The notes beneath the pieces are model-generated. The model was given only the letters and a program-made list of their open reading frames with translations, ran no database searches and was not told the DNA's origin. Made by a program: the position numbers and the translations under genes. This document shows positions 1 to 11,200 of a stretch of DNA of 64,000 bases, one piece after another. Every line of letters begins with the position of its first letter. Positions within the stretch are counted from its first letter, which is position 1. Source of the DNA: Cyanophora paradoxa CCMP329 (taxonomy: Eukaryota > Plantae > Glaucophyta); contig QPMI01000412.1 in NCBI GenBank assembly GCA_004431415.1, positions 71,197 to 135,196 on the forward strand, read 5' to 3'.

Positions 1-567
1 GAAGTGGGCCCGGAACGAGCACATCTCCTTTATGATTGCAGGGCCTTGCTGTTCGAAGCTGACGGGAGTGCTCTCCACGGAATAGATCTCCAGGCCATGG
101 TGCGTCTTCTCCGCTCTGATCAAGGCTTCAATCGCCTCGGAGATCGGTTTCATCGTGCCTCGGCTGCGCGCGCGGAAGCTTAGCGGGCGCGATGCTGCCG
201 AACGCGCTGCTGCGGGGCACCAGGTCGTTCTCGCAGCTCCGGCGGACCGCGATACAACCTCAAGGGGCCTGCTGCGCAAACGTACAGGTCAGCGCACGGC
301 TCGAGACGCGGCCCAAGGTAGGGGAGAGAAGGATCAAATTTCACGTTGGAATAGGAAAGGCGAGCGCGGATGCGGTCTCTCGCCGCCTATACGTCTAGAG
401 ATGAGCTCGTGGCGCGTGGGTTCTCCCGGAGACCTTGCAGCGGCTCGCCAGTCGCGGCGAGCCTTCAACTTAAACGGAAGCGCGCGCGCCGGCACTGCGA
501 CCACGAGCGATCCGTCTGGACCCGGCCGCGGCACTAGCTCGTGCGAAGGAGAACCCTTTGAACGCAT
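1..567 (-). CDS. Partial spliced hypothetical protein (5' part; runs off the window start)
   Basis: Minus-strand exon-like segments (e.g. MKPISEAIEALIRAEKTHHGLEIYSVES..., AARDRIRARLSYSNVKFDPSLPYLG) bounded by CAG/TAG acceptors and a GCTAAG branch-like motif. Start uncertain. Confidence 0.35.
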
Positions 568-1596
568 CCTAATCCGTGCACGGGCCACGCAATCGCTCTA
601 GCTTCACGGCGGGCGGAGAGCACAGGCTAGCAGCGGTCGTCCGGACAAAACCGCGACCCCTCGCTAGCCCCTAAACGCAAGAGAAGCAAGCGTACGCACC
701 GGCCGGGCGTGCGGCAGAGTCTAACTGATCCGCTGCTTTGTTTCTGCTTCTACCCCCTACGGTCGATGGGTACCCCCCCGACCGAGCAGCGGGCTTGCCT
801 CCAGGGACGGGCCCGCTCCATCTCAGGGCTCGCTGAAGGTTGGAAGATAGGCTGCAGGAGCCGCGCGGTCGGCAGCTGGGATCGCCTCTCCCGCTAACCG
901 GAGAGCGCCGCATGACGACCCGGGAGGTGCCCGATAGTGAGAGATGTCTCCGGAAGCCAGCGATGGCCGCGCCTGGTCATCCCACCGCATGCACGTCCGT
1001 AGCTGCAGCTAGTGCGGCTCATGTTGTACATGTGGCCATTCCACAGAATCGGCGCGGCTTTGCCTTCATCGCCCGGTCTCTTCCGGGGCCTTCGCCCGAG
1101 CGGCCGCTAGAAAGCCGCGGCCTGCGTTTGTGCAGCGCCATGACGGAGCGTGCCAACGCTGCTCTATATACGCTTACCCGCCGCGGATGTCCGGAGCAGT
1201 TCGTATGCCAGCTGGTCAGCTTGCAACACAGCCGATCGCGCACTGCTACCCCACTGACCGGTCCGAACCGTCCGATCCCATGCCAGCCCATAGCCCGCAT
1301 CAGCTGCCAGTCCCTGGAGCACAGCGCGGCTGCAGCAGTTCTCGGTGCACACAGCGCTTGATAGCTCGCCTATAGCGCGCGCTGTACATGTGCGGCCTCG
1401 GCAGCGGCCGCGGCGCTGGCAATTTGCGGTCTGTGGCCGCATCCGCCACGCAATGCTCGGTGCGCGCGCCGTAGCCCACTAGCTCTCGCTTTGCGCCGAA
1501 AGAGGATGCCCTCGCAGGTATCGATTCCTGGGGCCCGGTCCTGGCCCTGGGACAGAGGCGCCGCGGCCCTGCCGATGCTTCAAGGCTTTGAAGTCC

Positions 1597-1652
1597 TCGC
1601 CGCTGCCCGCTCGCCGCTGCCCGCTCGCCGCTGCCCGCTCGCCGCTCGCCGC
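1597..1652. repeat. Short tandem repeat, 14-bp unit CGCTGCCCGCTCGC, about 3.5 copies
   Basis: Directly visible. Confidence 0.8.
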
Positions 1653-2263
1653 GCGATGCTCTTAATGCTCCCTGCCGCAGTGTGCCACCCGGCCCGGCGG
1701 CCGGCGGCCGGGTTCCTGACTTGCGCAGCGCGGTGGCTCCCAGGCCCGGGCTCAAGGGGCCGCCGCACGATTCTCCAGATCTAGAGAGCTGTGGTGCCTA
1801 AACGCTCGCGCTTCTCGCCCGCCCTCCCGACTCTCTCGCGCAGATTGCTGCCCGATATGCCACTCCCCCGGGGCGGCGTCGGAATGGAAGGAAGGCCCGG
1901 TACGGGGCAGGAACGCGCTCCTCCAAGCTCCGCCACCGCTCCCCCCCCCCCCCTTCCCCTCCCCCTCCCCCTCCCCCCTCCCCCCCGCGCACTCGACGCC
2001 ATACCCCTCGTCGCCGTACCCCTAGGTCTCTGCGGATCTCGTACCCGTCTCGCGTCCTTGTACCCCCTCCACGTCGCAATCCGGACACGTGATCCCCCAA
2101 CGCGTACGGGCGGTCCGGGGTCTCGGCGAGAACGGGCCTTAGATCCCGGAGGGTGAAGCTTAGTCAGCCCGTGGGCGCCGGAGCTCAGTCTGAGCCGCCC
2201 ACACTTCAGCCTACCGTATGTTTAGTAGTAGTTCTATTCGAAATTTAAAGAGCTATTCGGTAT

Positions 2264-4107
2264 CTAGGGCTTCGCCGCTGCGCTAGTGCTTGCGCCCCAG
2301 CGGGCGGCGGCGGCGGCGGCGGCGGCGGCGGACTCGGGGGAGGCGGCGGCGCCGGCGGAGGCGGCGGCCTCGGCGGCGGCGGCGGCCTCGCGCAGCGCGG
2401 CGGCCTCCGTCGCGAGGTCGGCCGCCGCGCAGCCCTGCGCGGCGCTCCGCAGCACGGGGACCGCCTCGGCCGCCGCCTGCAGCCGCTCCGCGTCGGCGCG
2501 GGGCGCGCGCGGGGCGCGCGGGGCGGGCGGGGCGGGGGCGGGGCGGGGACGGGCGCGCACGGTGGGCTGGCTCGGGGCAGGGCGCGGGCGGCGCGGAGGG
2601 CGGCCTCGGCGGCGCGGCCCCAGGCGGCGCGACGGGCGGCGGGGTCCGAGGCCGGCAGCGCCTTGGCAAAGTGGACGAGCACCGCCGCGTAGGGCAGGCC
2701 GTCGGCCCCACGCGCGCCGCCAGCGCCGCCAGCGCCTGCTCGTGCAGCGCCGCCGCCGCCGCCGCCTCCCGCGCGCCGCCAGCGCCGCCGCGATGCGGCC
2801 CTGCAGGAGCGCCGACTCGGCGGTGCCGGCCCCGCCTCCGGGTCGCTTCTCCACCGCCGCCAGCACCCGCCGGTACGTCGCTTCGGCCTCCGCCGGGCGG
2901 CCCTGCGGCGGGCGTCAGACAGGCCGCGGCGCGCCCGAGGGAAACGGGCGTCTGACCAGGGCGCGCTGGGTGTCGGCGATGGCGATGAGTATGGGGTCGA
3001 GGGAGGGGTCCTCGCGGGGCGTGCTCCGCTCCTCCGTCTCGAAGGAGTACACGCGCTGCTGGGCGCGGAGCGCGGCCGCGGGGTCGCCCCGCTGGAGCGC
3101 CAGCTGGGCGAGCTTCTGGAGGCGGAGGCGGATGGCGAGGGGCGAGGCGGTCTGCGGGCGGGCGCGGACGACGCGGAGGGACTCCTCGACGAGCCCCTCG
3201 GCCTCGGGGAAGCGGCCCTGGGCCTGGAGGCAGAGGGCGAGCTGGTAGAGGCTCTGCGCGATGTGGGGGTGGTCGGGGTGCAGCGCCACCCGCCGCACCC
3301 CCAGCGCCTCGCGGTGCATCGCCTCCGCCCGCCCGAACTCCCGCCGCAGGATCAGCAGCGACCCGAGGTTGAACATCACCGACGCGGCCGTGTTCGAGTC
3401 CCGCCCGTCGTTCTCGATGTAGAGCGCCAGCGCCCGCTCGTACGCCCGCTCCGCCGGCCCGTCCCGCCGCTGCCGCTTGCAAACCTCTGCGCGCGCGCGT
3501 CAGCGGGAGGCCGCGCGGGGCGCGGCGCGGCGCGGGCGCGCCTGCGAGGTTGTTGTAGCTGGCCGGGACGCGGGGGTCGAGCCGGGGGAAGCTCTTCTCC
3601 GCCTCCTCGCACGCCCGCTCGAACAGCCGCTCCGCCTCCGCCAGCCGCCCCTGCGCGCCCGTCTCGCGCCGCCGGCGCGCCAGCGCGACCAAGCGGCGCA
3701 CCGCCTTCGCCTCCTCCTGGCCCTTCTGACTGTACAGCAGCCAGCGCGCGTCGGGGCTCATGCTAGCTAGCTCCGCCGCCACGTCGAACTCCTCATCCTG
3801 CTCCTGGCCCGCCTGCTTCTTGTCGGCGTGCGCCCGCTGGACCGTGCTGCCGCGCACGCGTACGGCGTCACGCACGGGCCCGGGGCCGCGGGCGCGCAGG
3901 CGCTCACCTCATCGCGCCCCATCCCGCGACGGCCGCCGCGAGCACCGCCAGCGAGCGTCGCAGCGCGACGTCGGAGCTGCTGCTTGCTGCTGCGTGCGAG
4001 CTGCTCGCCCGCGCGCTCGCGCCCGCGGCCGAAGTCACCGCTTGCCTCCACCCCACAGCCGGCTCGTAAAGCGCCGTAAGGGAACGCGCGAGACGCCTCG
4101 CCGCCAT
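2264..4107 (-). CDS. Tetratricopeptide-repeat protein (kinesin light chain/NPHP3-type TPRs), possible N-terminal organellar transit peptide; multi-exon
   Basis: Spliced translation gives AEAERLFERA...ASYNNLAE, AASVMFNLGSL...AEAMHREALGVRRVALHPDHPHIAQSLYQLALCLQAQGRFPEAEGLVEESL. N-terminus MAARRLARSLTAL is R/A/S-rich. Confidence 0.8.
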
Positions 4108-4523
4108 CTTCTCTCTGCGAACGAAGCGCCGATCCCAACCCCTGGTATCCCCTGAGCCGTGCCGGCGTCTTCTCCAGCAAGCACATAGAGCAGCCGTACT
4201 GCACAGCGCAGACAACCGCAGCTATTAGCAGCAGGCACTCCAGCTCCCGGAGCGCACACGAAATCTCGGACTCTTACGTGGAGCATACGCGGCCGCAGGC
4301 AGCGAAGAGCGCGCCATCTTCGATCTGCCGCGCGTCTGACGCGGCCTGAGGCCTCGAAGATAGTGAGCATTAAGCACGCGCACGCTTGGCGACATTGCGA
4401 GCGGTCAGCCCCTCGAATCCGGTCCTCGGGGCGTTCTGAAGCGCTCTAGCAAGCTTACATCTGTATTTCCAGCTCCCTGCACCCTGTCTGGCTGAAAGCG
4501 CGGCGGGCTTGAGGTGACGAGCC

Positions 4524-6543
4524 ATGCTGCCACTCTTGCTGAGCCTGTGCTCCGTCCCCGCGGCCGCGTGCTGCGTGGGATGGACGTGCTCGATGTGCGG
4601 CTTTGCTTTCAAGATGACGCAGTCCATATGTAGTCGCCTCGGGTCTGCGACCTCGGTCTCTTGCGCGTCCGCACCCGAGCCCTGAGCGCCGCCGCAGGTA
4701 CCTCGGCATCTTCGTGTTCAGCATGCTGCTCTCGTGGGTGATGCGCGACTACGGCGCGAGCGCCCTCGCCTGGATCCCGCAGCTCAGTGCGCCCGCCCGC
4801 GCCCTCGCGCTTCCCTCGCCGGCGCTGACGGCCATGCAGGCGACGCCTGTAAGACCGTCGTCTGCTTCGGGAAGATGGTCCGCGCGCCGGCCCCCGCGCC
4901 CCCCTCGCCGCGCCGCGCCGCGCCGAGCCGGCGGCAGGCCGTCTTCCGCATCGGGTTCACGAGCCTTCTCTTCCACGGGACGCACTTCCTGCTGCTGCTG
5001 GGGGTGGACAGCAAGCGGGACTGGCGCGCGCACGTGCAGAACCACTGGTGGGGATCCAAGGCCTTCGTCTGGGTCTCCATCCTGGTCTGCACCTTCCTCA
5101 TGCCCAACTCCGTCTTCGTCGTCTACGGTGCGCGCCCGCCGCCGCCGCCGCTGCGCGCTCTCGCTCGGGCCGACGCCGTCGCGCGCGTGCACAGCGGAGA
5201 TGGCGCGCTGGGGCGCGGGGCTCTTCATCCTGCTGCAGCTGGTCCTGCTGCTGGACTTCGCGTACAGCTGGAACCGGGCGTGGGCCGAGAAGGAGAGCCC
5301 CGCCTGGTACGCCGCCATCCTCGTCGCCTGCCTCGCCCTCCTCGGCGGCGCCCTCGCCCTCATCGTCCTCATGTATGTGCGTCCGCCCGGTCCCCCCCCC
5401 CCCCCCCCCCCCCCCCCGCCCTGGTCCCTCGCTCCCGCGGGGGCGCCCCGGCCCTGGCCGACGCCCGTCCCCCGCCTTCCCTTCCCGCAGGTGTCGTTCA
5501 CGGGGCGGGAGTACTGCGGGCTCTTCTCGGGGTACATCACGGTGTGCCTGGTGCTGGGCGTCGGGTACACGTTCGCCTCGTGCCTGAAGGTCGTCGAGCA
5601 CGGCGCGCTCCTCCCGTCGGCCGTCATCTTCGCCTACTGCGCGTACCTCTGCTGGGCCGCCGTCCTCAGCGTCCCCGCCGACGACTACCGCTCGGCTTGC
5701 ATCACCTTCTCCGTCCGCGGCGCGCCCCAGACCTACGAGATCGTCCTCGTGCGCCCCGCCCCGCCACGCCACGCCCCGCCCCGCCCGCCGGCGCGGCATC
5801 TCCGCTGAGGGCGGGACAGGGCGCGCTCTTCACGTTCGTGTCGGTGGCGCGGAGCACCTTCGCCGCCTCGTCGCGCTCACAGGACATCGTGCGCCCGCTC
5901 GCCCGCCCGCGCCGCCTCCGCCTCCGCCCCGCCCGCCCTGACGTCCTCCCGCCCGCCCAGATCGGGACGGGCGGGGGCCGGCGGGCGGCGGCTGTGCCGG
6001 ATATGGCGGGCCCTGCGCCGGCGACGATGGTGGGGGACGACCACTCGGAGGAGGAGGACGAGGAGGCCGGGGAGGGCGCGGGCACCGGCTACAGGCGAGC
6101 GCCCCCTCGCCCCCGCCCCCCGCCCCCGGCCCCCTCGCCCCGCCCAACGCGCCCCGGCAGCTACGCCTTCTTTCACTTCACGTTCCTCCTGGCCTCGGCC
6201 TACGTGGCCATGCTCATGTCCAACTGGTCCTTCGAGGGCGACTCGGCCTACACCATCGACCGCGGCTGGGTCTCCGTCTGGGTCAAGGCGCGCAATCCTA
6301 GGCCTCACGCCCGCCCCGCCCTGCCGCTGCTGAGGGCGGCGGGGGCGGCGGCCGCAGGTGGGCTCCATGGTCGCCGCCTCGCTCCTCTACATATGGTCCC
6401 TCTTCGCCCCGCTCCTCTTCCCCGACCGCGACTTCGGTCACGGACCGTCCGCCCTCCGCCCCCGCCGCCCCCGCCGCCCCGGCCGCGCGCGCCTCTGATC
6501 GCGACGCCCCGCCCGCAGCTCATCCGTCACCTACTCCATCTAG
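4524..6543 (+). CDS. SERINC: Serine incorporator (SERINC/TMS1) family membrane protein, about 11 exons
   Basis: Family motifs after splicing: CFGKMAVFRIGF, RAHVQNHWWGSK, GAGLFILLQLVLLLDFAYSWN, GALLPSAVIFAYCAYLCWAA, GYSYAFFHFTFLLASAYVAMLMSNW, WVSVWVK, LYIWSLFAPLLFPDRDF. Confidence 0.93.
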
Positions 6544-8066
6544 GTCGAGGCAGCGCCGTGCCTCCGGCTTCCCGCGCCGCCCTCGCCCTCTTGCCCTCCG
6601 CACTCCCCGCTGCGATCGCGATCGGCTCTCATTTCACGAAGGAAACATCGGCTTTAATTTGATAGCTGTTTCAACTTTCAAGGTAGCTCGGCTTCTTTGT
6701 CCACCTCAGGATTTTGTGTGCTTGCCTAGATTTTCTCTCTATGAAAGTTCCGTTTGCACAGGAGAGACAGTCTCTTCTGCATCTCGGTCTAGAAAACGCT
6801 ACACCTGAAACATGTACAGCTTCCAATTCTCCTCTTCGGGCCGCTGAGGCTCGTATACGTAAAGAATCAGTAGCAGCTGAAATGAAGCTTCGAATTCGAG
6901 AACCCGCTGTCCGCCTGAGGACCGCCTCCCGCGGGCCGCGGCCCGCGGGCCGAACTCGGAAATGCCATGATGAGCTGGAGCCTCGGAGGTTTTCAAAACC
7001 AGTTATCGATCAACTGCTCGATGGGGCCCGCAGCTGCGGGCCTGCATGCTGCAGTGGCCCTGCACGTTGCCCAAGCTCAGCCCAACTTGCCCTCCAGAAG
7101 GGGCGGTATGCCCTCTGGAAGCGCCGTTTTCGGACTTTTTTTACGTCTTCGGTTTCACATGAGGCTTCTTCGAACTCGAGATCTAGATAAGGTTCCAACT
7201 TCAACTCTAACTGTACATGTATATACGTACATGGCAGCTACAGAAGTGCGAGTTCGCACAGGCCAGGTGACAACCACTGACAAGGATATCGATCGGACAG
7301 GACAGGCCGCATGCGCAGACCGGGCCGGGGCCGCGCGCTTCGAGCCGGACGGCCGCGCGGCGGGCTCTTTACCCGGCAGAGCCCAAAGCAGAATATATTA
7401 ATTAGCTATAGAGTGCGTATACGTACGCGTGCACGTGGGCGCGCAGCTGCGCTTGTACAGTGCGCATGCCGGCGCCGCGCGCAGCGCGCGCGCGCGCGGC
7501 GCCGGCGCGCGGTCGACGTCTGGATCTGCGAGCATGTGCGCATGCGCGTGTACGTGTGCATTCGCACCTGCCGCCTACGTTTTCGATAATTTCTGTGCTG
7601 CATGGCCGTGCGCGCGGCCGCGCGCATTCGATCAAATTCGCTGCGCTGGCCAAACACAAATTTCGATACCCCGGCAGGGACACCCGCTTGTCGATTGTGG
7701 GCAGGCCTGTGTCCGATCTCCGTAAGATCGCTCCGCGTGCATATGCGTACGCATATGCAGCTTGCAGCGATGCGCGTGCACGTGCACCGCCGTCCGGCCG
7801 CCGCATCGCGCGCGGCGAGCCCGCGCCTGCGAGATCGCCAAGTCGGATCTGCAGCCACTGGGCCGCAGGCCCGAGGCCCACTGGGCCAGTGCGCGCCCGG
7901 CCCAGTTCTGCGGAGCGAGCCGGCGAGCGCGGAACGGCGGCGGTGCGCGCCTGCGCACTGGATCGGAAGCTCCGGCGCGCGGGAGCAGGCGCGCGGCAGG
8001 GACAGAGCACGGACTCTCCGGGAGCAGGCCGGCAGGGGCGGGAACAGCAGGCGATCCACGTGCCTT

Positions 8067-8164
8067 GAGCGCCCTACGCGTCCGACGCGTACGCCCGCGC
8101 ATCGGTAGCGCGATAGAGCGCCCTACGCGTACGCGTCCGACGCCCGCGCATCGATAGCGCGTCG
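8067..8164. repeat. Two imperfect 49-bp tandem copies rich in ACGCGT, just upstream of the GlmS-like gene
   Basis: GAGCGCCCTACGCG...CGCCCGCGCATCG at 8067 and 8116, with internal sub-blocks swapped. Confidence 0.7.
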
Positions 8165-8296
8165 CGCGCGGTGACAAGTGGCGCGCGCCAGGCCTAGGTC
8201 GGTTGTGCACGCAGACTCTGCTTCGTACGCGGGCGAACGCGGCCTGAGGTCGGCGAGGGCGCCTGATTCTCGGGGGAGACATCGACTTCGATATCG

Positions 8297-11200
8297 ATGG
8301 CGGGCGCCGGCGCGCTGGCGGCCGCGGCGGTCGCGGCGCTGGCGGCGTTGGGCGCGTCACGGGCGGCCTGCACGCTGCTCCACGAGTGGGGCCACCTCGC
8401 CGCCGCCCTTCTGCTCGCCTCCCTCCGCGGCTCCTACGCCCTCGCGGGTTTGCGTCCCGTCCTCGAGTTCCCAGCCAGAAGCTCCCGCTTTAATTTCGAT
8501 GGATTTCCCTCCCCTCGCTCCCCATTCCTGATTCGATCCGCCGTCCTCCCTCAGGCGTGCGTGAGGGCGTGCTGACGTCCGGCAACCTGCGGGGAAACCG
8601 CGGCCTCCGCTGGTGGCTCCACCTCGCCTCCCTCGGCGCCTTCGGATCCGTGGGCCTCCCCGCGAAGAAGGGGGAAGAGAAGGGCCCGGAGGCGGCGTGC
8701 GCGCAAGTGGAGGTGCGGCTGCGGGGCGGGCCCCTGGCCCCGGCCGAGCGCGCTGCGGTCGAGCTCGCCGGTCTCGCCGCGAGCCTCGCCGCCCTCGCCG
8801 CCGCCGCCGCCCTCCCCGCGCTCCCCGACTCCCCGCTCCTCGCCGGTGCGCATGCGCGCCCCGCCTCCCTCCTCCGCTCGCGTCTCCGCCCGCGCGCGCG
8901 ATCGCGGGCGGGGCGGGGTGGTGCAGCGGTGCGGCTAGGGGCGGTGCTGGGCGCCGGGGAGGTGCTGGCCGGCGCCGTGGCGAGCGACCTCTTCCATGCG
9001 CTGCGGCCGGCCCCGGGCCGCTTCCTCTGCGGAAACTTCGGTGCCCTCGTCCGCCGCTCCCTCGTTCGCTCCCCGCCCCGCCCCCGCCGGCCTCCCCGCC
9101 GCCGCCCGCTGACGTCGGCTTTACTTGTTTCGCAGGACGAGTGGGGATACGTGTAAGAGCCCGGCCCCCGCGCGGCCCGCCGGGGCGCCCGCCCCTCACG
9201 GCAGCCGCGCGCGCAGGCCGAGCTGGCTGTGGGGCATGCTCCAGTACATGATCCAGGCGGGTCCCGTCCCCTCCCGCCCCCGACGCCCCGCCCCGCCCCG
9301 CCCCGCGGCGCCGTGGGAGGCGGGAGAGACCGGGCGTGATGGGGCGGGGCGCGGGCAGGTGACGATGGTGCGGGGCGGGCAGGCCGGCGGCCTCGTCACG
9401 TTCGTCTCCAGCGGTCCCCACGACCTCCGCGGCATCCGGTACCCCCGACCCCTCTCCCTCCCCCCGCCCCGCTCCCCTCCCTTGACGCTGCGCTGCCAGG
9501 GAGCGGGTGGTGAACGGGAAGCGGACGGACCTGGGTGTGGTGCTCGTGCGCGCGATGCGGCGGCTCCTAGCCGTGCACGCCGTGCGGGCGTGCCTGCGGC
9601 GGCGCAACCCGTCCCCCGCCGTCCTCTGCATGGGCCACACGCGCTTCGCCACGTCGAGCTTCCCCGCCGTGGGCGAGACGCACCCGCACCAGTGGCTGCC
9701 CCGCCGCGACGTCGCCCACTGGGCCTTCCACCCCGCCGAGGGCGCCTTCCGCCGCACCGAGCGCTCCGCCGAGGCCCGCCCCGCCCCTCGAACGCCCGGC
9801 AGCCGCCTCTTCGAATTCTGACCCTTCCCTCGCGCGCGCGCAGATCTACATCGTGCGCGCCGGCCGCGGAAATCCAGCGTCGCCCCGCGCTCGCGCCCGC
9901 TGATCGCGAGGCCCCGGCCCCTCCCCCGCGCAGACGCACAACGGGGACTTCGACTTCTACGACGCCTTCGGCAAGGACCAGACCTACGAGAACGTGCGCG
10001 CTTCCCGTGCCCCGGTCCCGGCTCGGCCTAGGCTCGCGCGCCGGGCTTACTTACGTGCGCCGGCGGCAGATCGGGCTGTGGCTGGAGAAGGTGCACGGGC
10101 ACGCGAACCTCGCGAAGGGGGACAGCCCGAAGATCGCCGGCATGGTGGACCTCCTCGCCACCCAGGGCCTCTGGCCCGCCTCCGTCAAGCTCGTCCGCCC
10201 CGACCCGCCCCGCCCCGCCCTGTCCAGCCCCCTCCAGTTCCTCCTGCTCAGGCGCGCCCCCGCCCCCAGGCGTACTACACGGAGATCTCGTACGGGCTGG
10301 ACGCCGTGTTCGAGGGGGGCAAGGTGGCCCGCGACTCGCCCTCGGCCGCCCCGCCCGACTCCGACTTCAAGGCACGCCCACGCCCCGCCCCGCCCCGCTC
10401 CGGATCCCTCTCCTGAGACCTTTGCAGGCGGTGGCGGACGTCTTTGAGGCACTCTTCGAGAAGCACGCGCGGGCCCTCGCCAAGGGTCCGCGCCCCCTCC
10501 CCTCCGCCCCGTCCCGCCCGGCTGATCGGACGAACGTTCGTCGGGCAGACGCGTACGTGGCGGGACGGCTGGGCCGCTCGCTGCGGGGGCTGGAGGCGGG
10601 CGGGCGGGCGGGCCCCGCCCTCGTCGCCTTCTTGCAGGCGGCGCTGCGCGAGCTGGAGGCGCGCGCCCTCGAGCTGCGCCTCCTGAGCGGCGCCGACGGT
10701 GAGGCGCGGCGGCGCTTCGCGGCGGCGGCCGTGGAGGCCTTCGTCTGCAACGACATCTACACCGCCACGCGCGCCTTCCTCCACCACGCCCGCGGCTCCT
10801 TCGGGTGCGCACGCCGCGCGCAGCGCGCAGCGGCGCGTGTGTATCCTCTTCGATTCGATCCGAGCCGCCCGCGCGCGCGCAGGCTCGTGGTGGGGTCGGC
10901 GCTGGAGGAGGGGGCGGTGGTGGTGAGCGCGCGGGGCCAGCCGATGTCCGTCGCGTACAGCCCGGAGGCCTCGGTCGTGCTCTTCGGGTCGGAGCACGCG
11001 GCGCTGAAGGTGCCGTTCGGGGCGGGCAAGCCCGGGGCGCCGGAGTTCCGGTACGACCTGGACGAGGTGCGGGGCGAGGTCATCGAGGTCCGCCTCGCCG
11101 ACATGCCGCGCCTCCGCCTCCTCCGCCGCCTCTCCACCGCCCTCGCCCTCGACGGCCCAACCGCCCCCGCCGCTGAGGGCAGCCGCCGGGGGCGCCCGGG

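Noticed and set aside
6966-7060. Additional C-box (ATGATGA) snoRNA candidates here and at about 61031
   Set aside because: No convincing combination of D box spacing, terminal stem and rRNA-complementary guide.
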